From Bacteroidales bacterium (lineage in GTDB: Bacteria > Bacteroidota > Bacteroidia > Bacteroidales > P3): DNA of 64,000 nucleotides. The number at the start of each line of letters is the position of its first letter. Positions within the stretch are counted from its first letter, which is position 1. The notes under the pieces were generated by a model. It saw nothing but the letters and a program-made list of their open reading frames with translations. It was not told the origin of the DNA and searched no databases. Positions 47,912-57,439 of the stretch are shown piece after piece. Where the stretch lies: contig JAFVBC010000008.1 of the NCBI GenBank assembly GCA_017480185.1, forward strand, positions 114,889 through 178,888, in the 5' to 3' direction. The translations under genes were made by a program, and so were the position numbers.

Positions 47912-48805
47912 ATGAGTTTTATTAACAGGCTCGTTCGTAGTAAAGCATACAAAACATTCATGGGATACCTTTATGGTATCGGTGCTGCCGTTGTGATTGT
48001 GGGTGCTCTGTTCAAAATTAACCACTGGCCTGGTGCAACGTTAATGCTTATTATGGGTATGGGTACAGAGGCTGTTATATTCGTTCTATCTTCGTTTGAG
48101 CCGCCACATAAGGAGTGGGACTGGAGTTTGGTGTACCCCGAATTGGCTGGCATGATTGAACAGCCAGGAGGTGAAGGCTTGAATGTTGAACCAATGGTTG
48201 ACGAGAATGGTAATATTATTGAAAATGCAGAAGGCGAGGTGGCTCAACCTGTGAGTAAGGATCCTCTTACGGCACAACTTGATAAAATGCTCGAAGATGC
48301 TAATATCAGTCCCGAACTCATTGACCGTTTAGGCCAGGGAATGCAGAATCTTGCTGAAAGTGCCAATTCTATGAACAATATGGCGACAGCTACTGCTGCT
48401 ACTGACAAGTTTGTAAGCAATATGGATGGTGTTGCCGATCAGGCTGGTAAGTTGTTGCAAAGCATGCAAGGCGCACCTGAAGCAGTCTCTACGCTCTCTT
48501 CTATCTATCAGGAAACAGCCCAATCGTTGAATGGGGAAATATCCTATGTTGATGAGATGAAGAAGATGACCGCAAGTTTGAGCTCGATCAATGCAATGTA
48601 TGAGATGCAGATAAACAATGCTTCTACACAGTTGACATTGAACAAAGAGTTTGAGGAGAAAATGGGTACGATGCTTAGCAACTTCACGGATTCAGCCGAT
48701 GGTATCATGAAGTATAAAGAACAAGTAGATGCCCTGACTCGCAAGGTGGCTGAATTGAACAACGTGTATGGTAACATGTTGGCTGCTATGCAGACAAGAA
48801 TATAG
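47912..48805 (+). CDS. porL: T9SS/gliding motility protein PorL/GldL
   Basis: 297 aa. Two N-terminal TM helices (YGIGAAVVIVGALFKI, ATLMLIMGMGTEAVIFVLSSF) then a cytoplasmic helical domain. Operon position between porK and porM. Confidence 0.75.
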   Translation: MSFINRLVRSKAYKTFMGYLYGIGAAVVIVGALFKINHWPGATLMLIMGMGTEAVIFVLSSFEPPHKEWDWSLVYPELAGMIEQPGGEGLNVEPMVDENGNIIENAEGEVAQPVSKDPLTAQLDKMLEDANISPELIDRLGQGMQNLAESANSMNNMATATAATDKFVSNMDGVADQAGKLLQSMQGAPEAVSTLSSIYQETAQSLNGEISYVDEMKKMTASLSSINAMYEMQINNASTQLTLNKEFEEKMGTMLSNFTDSADGIMKYKEQVDALTRKVAELNNVYGNMLAAMQTRI

Positions 48806-48854
48806 AGAGAGAAAGACAACAACACACCTAACGCACAGCTAAACTAGATTTAAT

Positions 48855-50519
48855 ATGGGTGCAACAAACTGCCCGGAGACCCCGAGGCAAAAGATGATTA
48901 CGATGATGTACCTTGTGTACACCGCCCTGCTGGCTCTGAACGTCTCTGCAGCTGTCATTGATGGATTTAAGAACGTGGGTAACGTTATGCAGTTGTCGAA
49001 TGAGACTGTACAGGCAAAGGTGGACGATACTTTTGAAAACTTTAAGAGGGCTTATGATAACAGTCCAGATAAGGTGAGGGAGAAGTATCAGAATGCACAG
49101 ACGGTACAGGCATTGACCAACGATTTGATAAGTTATATTGATAGTATTGAGTATACTTATATCGCTAAAACAACTAAAGGCGCCAAGGGCGAATTCCCTC
49201 CAAAATCTGGTAATAAATTTGATATCAAGTTTATTGATGCCAACGGTAATTATCTGCTTGACAGTGTGAAGAAGGTGATGGATATGTCCGGTTTCTCGTG
49301 GTTCAATGATAAGCAGTTGGAAAACAATAATGATCCTACCAGTTTCTTTTATGGGAAAGGCGATGTGGTTAATGGTCATGCTGTTGGATTGAAAGAAAGG
49401 GTGATTGAGTATAAGGCACAGATACGAAAGATTCTTGGTGCAGACTCGTTGCATGTGAAGTTGGGCCTAAATGTTGAGGATACTTTCTATAGCAAGGACG
49501 GAAAAGAAGAATCGTGGGAGAAGCATCATTTCAATGAGGTGGTTTCTGGTGCAGCACTTGTGACCTTAACTCAGATGAAGACGGAGGCTATGAATGCCGA
49601 GTATGACGCTGTGAACTTTCTATATAAACAGGTAAGTTCTGGCGACCACTCGTTTGATAAACTGACACTTATCGGAAGAGCAAAGAGTGGATATATTCTG
49701 CAAGGTGGAACGTATGAGGCCGATTTTTACGTTGGTGCTTACGACTCGAAACAGGCTTTTACAGGAACGGTGAATGGTCAGACATTGAGTAATACGGACT
49801 CTGGTTCGTTGCATTACAGGACGGTTTGTAACTCTGTTGGTCTGCAAAAGGTGAATGTGTCAGCCACCGTGAAAGGACCGAATGGAGATGAAACAATAAC
49901 CTATTCGGATAATTACTACGTAGCTAAACCAGCGGCTGTCGTATCTTTGGACAATATGCAGGTGCTTTATGCAGGTATTGAAAATCCTATTACGGTGTCG
50001 GTCCCTGGCGTAGATAGCCGCAACCTCAAGGTTTATATAAAAGAGGGAAAGGGGAAACTGGCAAATGGTGATGGTGAAGGAAAGTATTTGGTTACCCCCG
50101 ATGTTGGTGGAAAGAAGATGGTGATTGGCGTGGATGCAATGATAGACAAGAAGCAAACTAACATGGGAGACAATGTGTATAAGGTTAGGGATATTCCTGA
50201 TCCTACGATTACGGTTGGTCAGTTTGCTAATGGGGCAAATGTAGCAAAGAGCGATTTCAGTGATGGTATGCAGGTACGTGCGAGTTTCCAGAAAGGATTT
50301 GAGTTTAAGCTCTCCAAAGGTGCGATGAGTATTAGATCAATAGAGGTAAGCGTGGGTAATAAGAGCCCTGTTACTGTAAATGGAGCAGCTTTCTCCCCCG
50401 ATATTATTTCAGCTATTAAAAAGGCTAACCGTGGTGATAAACTGTATGTTACTGCCCATGTAAAGATGCCTTCGGGTACTACGAGTGTTGCATACTGCGT
50501 ATTCACAATAAAGAAGTAA
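48855..50519 (+). CDS. porM: T9SS/gliding motility protein PorM/GldM
   Basis: The N-terminus MGATNCPETPRQKMITMMYLVYTALLALNVS matches the conserved GldM start (PRQKMI.LMYLV...ALN.S). 554 aa with a single N-terminal TM and a periplasmic multi-domain body. Confidence 0.8.
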   Translation: MGATNCPETPRQKMITMMYLVYTALLALNVSAAVIDGFKNVGNVMQLSNETVQAKVDDTFENFKRAYDNSPDKVREKYQNAQTVQALTNDLISYIDSIEYTYIAKTTKGAKGEFPPKSGNKFDIKFIDANGNYLLDSVKKVMDMSGFSWFNDKQLENNNDPTSFFYGKGDVVNGHAVGLKERVIEYKAQIRKILGADSLHVKLGLNVEDTFYSKDGKEESWEKHHFNEVVSGAALVTLTQMKTEAMNAEYDAVNFLYKQVSSGDHSFDKLTLIGRAKSGYILQGGTYEADFYVGAYDSKQAFTGTVNGQTLSNTDSGSLHYRTVCNSVGLQKVNVSATVKGPNGDETITYSDNYYVAKPAAVVSLDNMQVLYAGIENPITVSVPGVDSRNLKVYIKEGKGKLANGDGEGKYLVTPDVGGKKMVIGVDAMIDKKQTNMGDNVYKVRDIPDPTITVGQFANGANVAKSDFSDGMQVRASFQKGFEFKLSKGAMSIRSIEVSVGNKSPVTVNGAAFSPDIISAIKKANRGDKLYVTAHVKMPSGTTSVAYCVFTIKK

Positions 50520-50542
50520 AAACAATAGTAATACATATCGTT

Positions 50543-51421
50543 ATGAAGAAGTTAATGTTAGGTTTGTTTGCCATTCTTTCTTTGGGTTATGGTGTCAATG
50601 CTCAAAGTATTGTTGATGCAGAAGATGGGACTAATCCAAACGATTTTTACCAGACTGGCATCGTTGTTGGCAAAAGGGCCATGCCTTATCCTTACTTGCG
50701 TGAGAGCGATGTAGTATGGAAAATGCTTGTGTGGCGCAAGATAGACTTCAATGAAAGTTTTAACCAATTCTTTTATTTCCCTGTTGATCAGGACAAGAAC
50801 ACGCAGGGGCGTATCAGCCTTGTAAATCTTATAATCAATGCTGCCAAGAATGGTAGTTTTGAGGTGTATGAGGACGATGATATGAAAGTGCCTCAAGACT
50901 TGGAAAAAGCAATTGCAGGCTTGAACGGACAACGCAAGACAACCGAGTATGGTGAGGAGGATGAGTTTGGTGATGTGGAGGAAAAAGAGGTTATTTCACC
51001 CGACCCATTTGATGCAGGCTCTGTAAAAACAGCCATGCTCAAAGAGTGCTGGTATATTGATAAGCAAGACACACGTCAGAAAGTGAGAATCGTCGGACTT
51101 GCTTTCAGTTATAGAAAAAACATGGTGCGTGCTGGTCAGGAAGAGGAAACCCAAGCCGAGTCGTTTTGGATACCGATGAATCACATGACTGTGCGACAAG
51201 TGTTGGTGAATGCTAATGCTTTTGACGAAAACAATGACGTAGCTGAGCGTTCGTACGACGATGTGTTTATTCAAAGGTACTTCGATAGTTATATAACCAG
51301 AAAGTCAAATAAGTTCAACCGTCGTATAGATGAATATCTGACAGGAGAAGATGCGATAGTGCAGTCGCAAATGATAGAAGAAGAGTTATTCAACATTGAG
51401 TCGGATATGTGGGAATATTGA
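50543..51421 (+). CDS. porN: T9SS/gliding motility protein PorN/GldN
   Basis: 292 aa. Signal peptide MKKLMLGLFAILSLGYGVNAQ. GldN-family blocks include VVWKMLVWRKID..E.FNQFFYFP and KQDTRQ. Operon position after porM. Confidence 0.75.
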   Translation: MKKLMLGLFAILSLGYGVNAQSIVDAEDGTNPNDFYQTGIVVGKRAMPYPYLRESDVVWKMLVWRKIDFNESFNQFFYFPVDQDKNTQGRISLVNLIINAAKNGSFEVYEDDDMKVPQDLEKAIAGLNGQRKTTEYGEEDEFGDVEEKEVISPDPFDAGSVKTAMLKECWYIDKQDTRQKVRIVGLAFSYRKNMVRAGQEEETQAESFWIPMNHMTVRQVLVNANAFDENNDVAERSYDDVFIQRYFDSYITRKSNKFNRRIDEYLTGEDAIVQSQMIEEELFNIESDMWEY

Positions 51422-51446
51422 TGTGTGAAACTTTGAAACCAAACAA

Positions 51447-51487
51447 AGAGAGTTAAGAGAGAGATACTCTTAACTCTCTTCTATTTT
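51447..51487 (+). terminator. Rho-independent terminator between porN and its paralogue
   Basis: AGAGAGTTAAGAG-agagata-CTCTTAACTCTCT, a perfect 13-bp stem, followed by TCTATTTTAATT. Confidence 0.55.
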
Positions 51488-51491
51488 AATT

Positions 51492-52367
51492 ATGCACAGG
51501 CCAGGTTTGTTTCTATGCTGTTTCTTTTTTGCGTTTTGTGCTTCGTCCGTGGCACAACAAGAAATACGTACGGCCAACGACTTCTATGAAAGAAATATTG
51601 TTAAAACACAGCGCGCTATCCGTTACCCATTTATTCGTCAGTCTGATGTGGTGTGGTCAGTAGCTATTTGGAAAAAGATTGAGGTAAGCGAGGCGTTTAA
51701 TCAGTTTTTTTATTTCCCGATAGATCCGAGTGCTGATTCTACAGAAAAAAGTTTGGCCAACATATTGTGGGATGCTGTAGCAGCCGACGAAATCCCCATC
51801 TATGAGGATGAGCAAATGGATGTGCCATTGGATAATCTGGCTTTTGTAAAACGCATGACTAAACCGGATACCCTAATGTTGGAAATTGGTTATGACGATG
51901 ACTTTAACGAAGAGTATGAGACGGTAGTGAAAAGTCATGACTTTGATGGTGCGGAAGTTCTACAATACACGTTCAGGGAGGTGTGGTTTATCGGGAAACA
52001 AGATACGAGACAAGACTCACGTCGGATATCATTGGCTCCGATGCGCGCTGCTTATAGGCGTCTTGGTAAGAGCGATGAGGAAATATACCTTGGTATGCAA
52101 CCTCTATTCTGGGTACCCATGCTAAATCCTCGTGTCCGTGACTTACTGGCAAGATATGAAGCACGAACTGAAGAGGTGAATATGGCTGCTTGGCCTTCAT
52201 GGGACTTTATTTTTGTCAACCAACATTATGAGGCATATGTTGTTAGGAAGTCGAATACTTTCGATCGTGATATATCTCGCTATTTGACAGGTGAGGATGT
52301 GCTGTTTGAGGCTTCAGAAATAGAAGCGAAAGTGTTTGAAATAGAGAATGACATGTGGGATTATTGA
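51492..52367 (+). CDS. PorN/GldN paralogue (GldO-like second copy)
   Basis: 291 aa. Clearly homologous to the preceding gene, for example YPFIRQSDVVWSVAIWKKIEVSEAFNQFFYFP against YPYLRESDVVWKMLVWRKIDFNESFNQFFYFP. Both end in E.DMW(D/E)Y. It has its own signal peptide. Confidence 0.7.
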   Translation: MHRPGLFLCCFFFAFCASSVAQQEIRTANDFYERNIVKTQRAIRYPFIRQSDVVWSVAIWKKIEVSEAFNQFFYFPIDPSADSTEKSLANILWDAVAADEIPIYEDEQMDVPLDNLAFVKRMTKPDTLMLEIGYDDDFNEEYETVVKSHDFDGAEVLQYTFREVWFIGKQDTRQDSRRISLAPMRAAYRRLGKSDEEIYLGMQPLFWVPMLNPRVRDLLARYEARTEEVNMAAWPSWDFIFVNQHYEAYVVRKSNTFDRDISRYLTGEDVLFEASEIEAKVFEIENDMWDY

Positions 52368-52444
52368 TTTCTCTTTTGGGAGGGATCGAGCTCTTTTGGC
52401 TGTATTATAGCATGTGTTCATGTTATGAAGTATGGTGCGTATGT

Positions 52445-53878
52445 TTATACTGGCCAAGTTATCTCTCGTCGTTGTGCTAAGAATCGGAGTGAGAGGATTA
52501 TGCAGATGCATCCAACCCACAGGAGGATGCTGAATATAGGCGACGTAGATGTGATGACTATATTGGCATGTGGCCATTGAGACACGGTAGTGGACACAAG
52601 TTGGGTGAAATCAAGGAGTGGCATGAGGAATAATTGACTAAAACTGCATGGGGCAATCATATAAAGCAACGATGCACCAACCAGTAAACTTGCCATCGGA
52701 ACAATTATAACATTGGCTACGAGAAAGTATGGTAATAAGTTGTGAAAGATAGTGGCAGTGATGGGTAGGGTTGAGATATATGCCACGGTACTGACAGCCA
52801 TATAACGCATGATTTTATTTTCGATTTTATTGAAAAATGGAGAACAACAAAGTAGTCCTCCAACAGCAGCATAGGAGAGTTGCCACCCTGTATCAAATAG
52901 CAATTGTGGGGAATTCGCGAGTGTGATGATGGCCGTTAGGGCAAGTATGTTGAGGCTTGAGGTACGACGACCTATGACGCGAGCTATTATGAAGCACGAA
53001 ATCATTAGTGCGGCGCGTATTGAAGATGGAGCTGCGCCAGAAATGGCTACAAATATCCATACCAGTGCAAATTGCACAGAACCTTTTAACGCCCTTCCTC
53101 GTCTTGTGCGAGGCAAGAAAAAAAGCATTGCCTCTACCAAAGCTGCCACTATCCCGACATGAAGCCCCGACACTGCTAATAAGTGACTAATGCCAGCATC
53201 CTTAAAAGCCTTATACGTGGGGGGGGCAATTTCGGACTTCCACCCCAGCACGAGTGCAGCGGATATTGCAGTCTTTTGGTCATCCATCGGTCCGCGGTGC
53301 ATTCTTTGTAGCAAAGAAACTCGGATGTCTTCACATCGTTTGCGGAGGTTTGGTGACATACATACGTATATTGTATCTATGGCAGTTGAGTAAATGTACA
53401 TTTGTTTTCTGTGAGAGAGAAGTAATCCATTAGCCAGTAGCGTATCACCATAGTACAGTGTTGGCTGGGCATGAAGGCTATCGGTGGTGATGAAGAGGTG
53501 TAATTGCCCACAGGTAGAGCGGCCGTCAATGCTTTCCACGTTGGCTTGTGCCTGTATGCGTTGGCCTGTAAAATATGGCGTTGTCGTAAGACGCAGTGTG
53601 GCCGTGTGGCGACCATCTGCAAAGTGGGTGTAGTGATTGACTTTGTTTATAGGTTCAGATATGTGTCCAATCAGCATGCCGATAGAGCTAAATAGTAGCA
53701 CTATGCAAAGCATTGTAGTTCGCGGTGGTGCATTAAAAGTTAGGCATAGGCCTATGGCAACAACAGATAAAGCCAACGGCAGCATTATCCATGCTGTAGC
53801 CATTGACGTGAGGAAATGTTGCAAAAAAATACCTATGATAAATGCCAAAGCTGGAGGCACCAGTGGCATACTACGCAT
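52445..53878 (-). CDS. comEC: ComEC/Rec2-family membrane protein; short form lacking the metallo-beta-lactamase domain
   Basis: 477 aa with a DUF4131-like N-terminus and a competence-domain TM core ...GISHLLAVSGLHVGIVAALV... Confidence 0.75.
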   Translation of the reverse strand: MRSMPLVPPALAFIIGIFLQHFLTSMATAWIMLPLALSVVAIGLCLTFNAPPRTTMLCIVLLFSSIGMLIGHISEPINKVNHYTHFADGRHTATLRLTTTPYFTGQRIQAQANVESIDGRSTCGQLHLFITTDSLHAQPTLYYGDTLLANGLLLSHRKQMYIYSTAIDTIYVCMSPNLRKRCEDIRVSLLQRMHRGPMDDQKTAISAALVLGWKSEIAPPTYKAFKDAGISHLLAVSGLHVGIVAALVEAMLFFLPRTRRGRALKGSVQFALVWIFVAISGAAPSSIRAALMISCFIIARVIGRRTSSLNILALTAIITLANSPQLLFDTGWQLSYAAVGGLLCCSPFFNKIENKIMRYMAVSTVAYISTLPITATIFHNLLPYFLVANVIIVPMASLLVGASLLYMIAPCSFSQLFLMPLLDFTQLVSTTVSQWPHANIVITSTSPIFSILLWVGCICIILSLRFLAQRREITWPV

Positions 53879-54518
53879 CGTGGTTGAGAATAAGTTTTTC
53901 GGCTACTATTTTGGGTACATAGTGAATGCCGTTTTCTCGGTAATATGAGTGATTTTGTTCTGGACTAATGGAAGTGAGTGCAATGCGATCAATGCCTTTG
54001 CCAATGGCCAGTATCATGAGTGGGCGTAATGCAATGCTGAATGTTTTCTGTACTTTTTCGGCGTTGAATGCACCAATTGTCAATGCGTTTAGGCCCATCT
54101 CTACGGCTTTAAGCATCATGCTTTGTAAGGCAATGCCGAGATCAATATCAATAAGGCGGTCTTCGTCTACTGTTGCACAGCAGATGATGAATGCTTCGGG
54201 CTCTGTATTTGGTAGTGGTAGGTGCAGTTGAGGTAGAGCGGCTCCCAATTTTATGAGAGGCAGCAATTCGCGTCCGCCTGTGTTATAGGTTAGCAAATGA
54301 AAACGTAAGGCCTGTCGATTGCAGCCACTTGGAATGCGACTGCATACGCTGACGATACGTTCCAATTCAGCACGACTTACTTTGTATGAGGATAGGAAAG
54401 CCCGATGACTGCGGTTGCGCAGCAGCAAATCATCTACGGTATGTCCGATGCTTTTTACTTTAGGTCTTGATGCCCCAAGCGTCTCTTCATATCTTTTTTC
54501 GAGGTAATTGTCGGCCAT
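53871..54518 (-). CDS. Nitroreductase-family protein
   Basis: 215 aa containing ...RSHRAF... and collinear with the nitroreductase fold. Confidence 0.7.
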   Translation of the reverse strand: MADNYLEKRYEETLGASRPKVKSIGHTVDDLLLRNRSHRAFLSSYKVSRAELERIVSVCSRIPSGCNRQALRFHLLTYNTGGRELLPLIKLGAALPQLHLPLPNTEPEAFIICCATVDEDRLIDIDLGIALQSMMLKAVEMGLNALTIGAFNAEKVQKTFSIALRPLMILAIGKGIDRIALTSISPEQNHSYYRENGIHYVPKIVAEKLILNHDA

Positions 54519-54544
54519 GTTTATAAGTTCTTACGGTGGAGGTT

Positions 54545-55567
54545 TTAATTTTGACGGTTAGCTGTGTATGTGCGCCAGCGATCTATGCAGGTCTGTATGT
54601 CGGCTGGCAGCGGACAAGCAAAATGCATTGTTTTACCAGTGGTGGGGTGAACAAAACCCAAAGTGGTTGCGTGCAATGCCTGTCGGGGCAATATTTGAAA
54701 GCAATTCTGTACAAATTGCTTGTATTTTGTAAATGTTGTACCTTTCAGGATAACATCTCCACCATAGGCACTGTCGTTAAAAAGAGGGTGCCCAATGTGG
54801 CGCATGTGAGCACGTATTTGGTGTGTACGCCCTGTTTCAAGGCGACACGATATGAGGGAAACGTAACCAAAACGTTCTTCAACATGCCAGTGGGTTACAG
54901 CATGTTTACCTCGTTTTAGCTCATCTGGTATGTCATCTTCATCAGGATAGACACACATAACACGCCTGTCTTGAGGAGATCGACCAATGCGCCCAACTAT
55001 TGTGCCATCATTGTCGGTAAAGTCGCCCCACACAAGGGCAAGGTATTTGCGCTCGGTGGTATGATCAAAAAATTGTTTTGCTAAAAACACCTGCGCCTCT
55101 TCGTTTTTTGCCACCAGTAGCAATCCTGAAGTATCCTTATCAATGCGGTGTACCAAGAACGGTTTTGATGAGGTACCTTGCATGTGGAAAAGCAAACCGT
55201 TCAGTAACGTGCCAGTGAAATTGCCAACACCAGGATGTACAACCAGTCCGGCTGGTTTGTTGACAACTATCACATCATTGTCTTCATATACAACGTCAAT
55301 AGCGATAGGCTCTGGGCGTATGTCAAGTTCATGTGGGGGCTCGGGCAGCAGGACACTTATCTCGTCCAGTGGTTTAACCTTATAGTTAGCCTTTGCCGTA
55401 TGGCCGTTCACAACAATACAACCAGCATGTGTGGCTGCTTGAATTTTGTTGCGCGACACCCCTGATAATTTCTCTTGCAGAAATTTGTCTATACGAAGGG
55501 GTGTTTGCCCTCGGTCAACAACTATGTGGTGATGTTCGTAGAGGTCTTGTTGGTCGTCAGTAATCAT
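54545..55567 (-). CDS. rluD: RluA/RluD-family 23S rRNA pseudouridine synthase (S4 domain plus catalytic domain)
   Basis: N-terminal S4 RNA-binding region RIDKFLQEKLSGVSRNKIQ. Catalytic motif HRIDKDTSGLLLVAKN. Its start abuts the stop of the upstream T9SS-cargo gene. Confidence 0.85.
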   Translation of the reverse strand: MITDDQQDLYEHHHIVVDRGQTPLRIDKFLQEKLSGVSRNKIQAATHAGCIVVNGHTAKANYKVKPLDEISVLLPEPPHELDIRPEPIAIDVVYEDNDVIVVNKPAGLVVHPGVGNFTGTLLNGLLFHMQGTSSKPFLVHRIDKDTSGLLLVAKNEEAQVFLAKQFFDHTTERKYLALVWGDFTDNDGTIVGRIGRSPQDRRVMCVYPDEDDIPDELKRGKHAVTHWHVEERFGYVSLISCRLETGRTHQIRAHMRHIGHPLFNDSAYGGDVILKGTTFTKYKQFVQNCFQILPRQALHATTLGFVHPTTGKTMHFACPLPADIQTCIDRWRTYTANRQN

Positions 55568-57439
55568 TCAATGTTGTACGATAAATTTCAGCAAATGAAA
55601 GGATTTATCTGTAGATTGCACACGTGCAAAATACATCCCACTGGGTAGGTGTGAGACGACAATCCCATTATCAGAACCAATTGTACTTATGACTTGTCGA
55701 CCGGTTAGGTCGAAGATTTGTATTTGTGAGTGGAGCAGTATGTCGGAAAAAAAGATACTATTCGATGCAATGGTTGGATGCAACTGCGGAATAGTGGCTG
55801 TTTGCGGATGGGCAATGCCGAGGGTGGAGCGCCCTAAATGTGGCCGCATGAGTAGCGATCCGCTGAGAATGCTTTGCTGCCAATCAGTGCCTGTTAAATA
55901 AAAAATATTGGTCGAAGAATTGAAGCTACGGTCAAACCCCAGGTTGATAAAGTCGTTGTTGCTTTGCTCAAAGCCTACATATATCGTTCCACTCACGGCC
56001 TGCGGACGCTCAAGTTCGTAGCGATAAAGGCCGTCGTTACTGGCAAAAAGAGGACGACGTGCTTCTTGGTCGCGGTAGATGGCATTGCCAGGCCTACCAT
56101 TGTTGTCGTCCCAAATGGTTAGATAAAATGGTATAGTTTCATTTTCTTGCTGTATGGTGCGATTAAAACCTATGGATATGGCAAATATTGTATCGGGGAA
56201 ATTGAGAGGGAAACGATAGGCTAAAAACATACGACTGGCAGTCGATGTGAGACCAAAACCATTCTCGGCGGATCCATCGTCGTAGGCATAGTAGTCATCA
56301 AATACCTGTAATGTACTCATGGTGTCGTTTTGTGGGTATGAGTCGCCACCCACCCCCTCTTTTATAGAATGCAATATTGTGTAGGTCGTAGGGGCCGACA
56401 TTGTGGGGAAAGCGTAGGCAATTGGAGGATGGGCATGGGCACTGTCTGATTGATAGCCGTGTTGTGGGCGAAAAGGGGGAGCGTTGGTGTATCCGCCGGT
56501 GTAGTGGTACAACGTATCGGCATGGCTGTTAATGATATAATAATCGTATATTGATGCCAGTGTTGATGTGTATAAATTTGTGATAACGAGGTCAAAGTGA
56601 GGCGCCATATCGGCAGAGGTGTATTGTCGCCATGGCATTGCACGGAAATATTTTAACGGAGGTGTGGCTGGCTGTACGAAAGCCACATCGTGGGGGAAGG
56701 GAAAGGCTGTAGTGGTGCGCTGTTTGTCAACCAAGATGTAGTCAATGTTCCATTGGTCGCAGTTTCCTCGCATACCGCGTTTGTTGTCATTTGCAAGACT
56801 GCAATAGTTTCGGAAACGAAACTGAAATGCGCTATCAAGCAGCAAAGGATTGTCTATTTTCAGTACTACATATTGCCACGTTTCGCCTGTTTGAGCCAAT
56901 AGTGTATCAACGCTTATTCCAGGTGTACTCCATGCTTTCTGCCACGATATCTGTTGTGCAGAGCGCACCTCCAACACCAACGAGTCGGTAGCATCTGGCG
57001 CATCGCCCACAAGTTCCCACCTGTTACCGTGGCCACCTCCTGGGAGATAAAAGAAACTGAATACCACCGAGTCGGCAATGGTCAGTCCTTGCAAGTTTAT
57101 AGGCCGTGAAAGAAGGGTATCAGCAGGGAATGGTGTTGTGCTGGCCTGTGGGTATAGCTGACCATCGGCACCCATGGCATCCAATGTCGCCATGCCGATG
57201 GTGGGGGGCAATTGTCCGTAGCCTGTATTGACTGTCGCCTGATTGTTCATCCACAGTGTGGATGAAAGACTGTTGCGTGGCGACGAAAAATCATCAAAAA
57301 AAGGCAGTTCTACAGCCGACGTGTTTTTTGTACTCCATACGACATTGGGCGATGTAAACTGTAGCGGACAAAGTATTTCCTGCCCAAATGTTAATAGTGG
57401 GGAAATAAGAAGCACAGCAAGGACAACTTTCCTTACCAT
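55568..57439 (-). CDS. Secreted protein with a T9SS C-terminal sorting domain, function unknown
   Basis: 623 aa. Signal peptide MVRKVVLAVLLISPLLTFGQ. C-terminus ...IQIFDLTGRQVISTIGSDNGIVVSHLPSGMYFARVQSTDKSFHLLKFIVQH fits the Por_Secre_tail pattern. Confidence 0.75.
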   Translation of the reverse strand: MVRKVVLAVLLISPLLTFGQEILCPLQFTSPNVVWSTKNTSAVELPFFDDFSSPRNSLSSTLWMNNQATVNTGYGQLPPTIGMATLDAMGADGQLYPQASTTPFPADTLLSRPINLQGLTIADSVVFSFFYLPGGGHGNRWELVGDAPDATDSLVLEVRSAQQISWQKAWSTPGISVDTLLAQTGETWQYVVLKIDNPLLLDSAFQFRFRNYCSLANDNKRGMRGNCDQWNIDYILVDKQRTTTAFPFPHDVAFVQPATPPLKYFRAMPWRQYTSADMAPHFDLVITNLYTSTLASIYDYYIINSHADTLYHYTGGYTNAPPFRPQHGYQSDSAHAHPPIAYAFPTMSAPTTYTILHSIKEGVGGDSYPQNDTMSTLQVFDDYYAYDDGSAENGFGLTSTASRMFLAYRFPLNFPDTIFAISIGFNRTIQQENETIPFYLTIWDDNNGRPGNAIYRDQEARRPLFASNDGLYRYELERPQAVSGTIYVGFEQSNNDFINLGFDRSFNSSTNIFYLTGTDWQQSILSGSLLMRPHLGRSTLGIAHPQTATIPQLHPTIASNSIFFSDILLHSQIQIFDLTGRQVISTIGSDNGIVVSHLPSGMYFARVQSTDKSFHLLKFIVQH

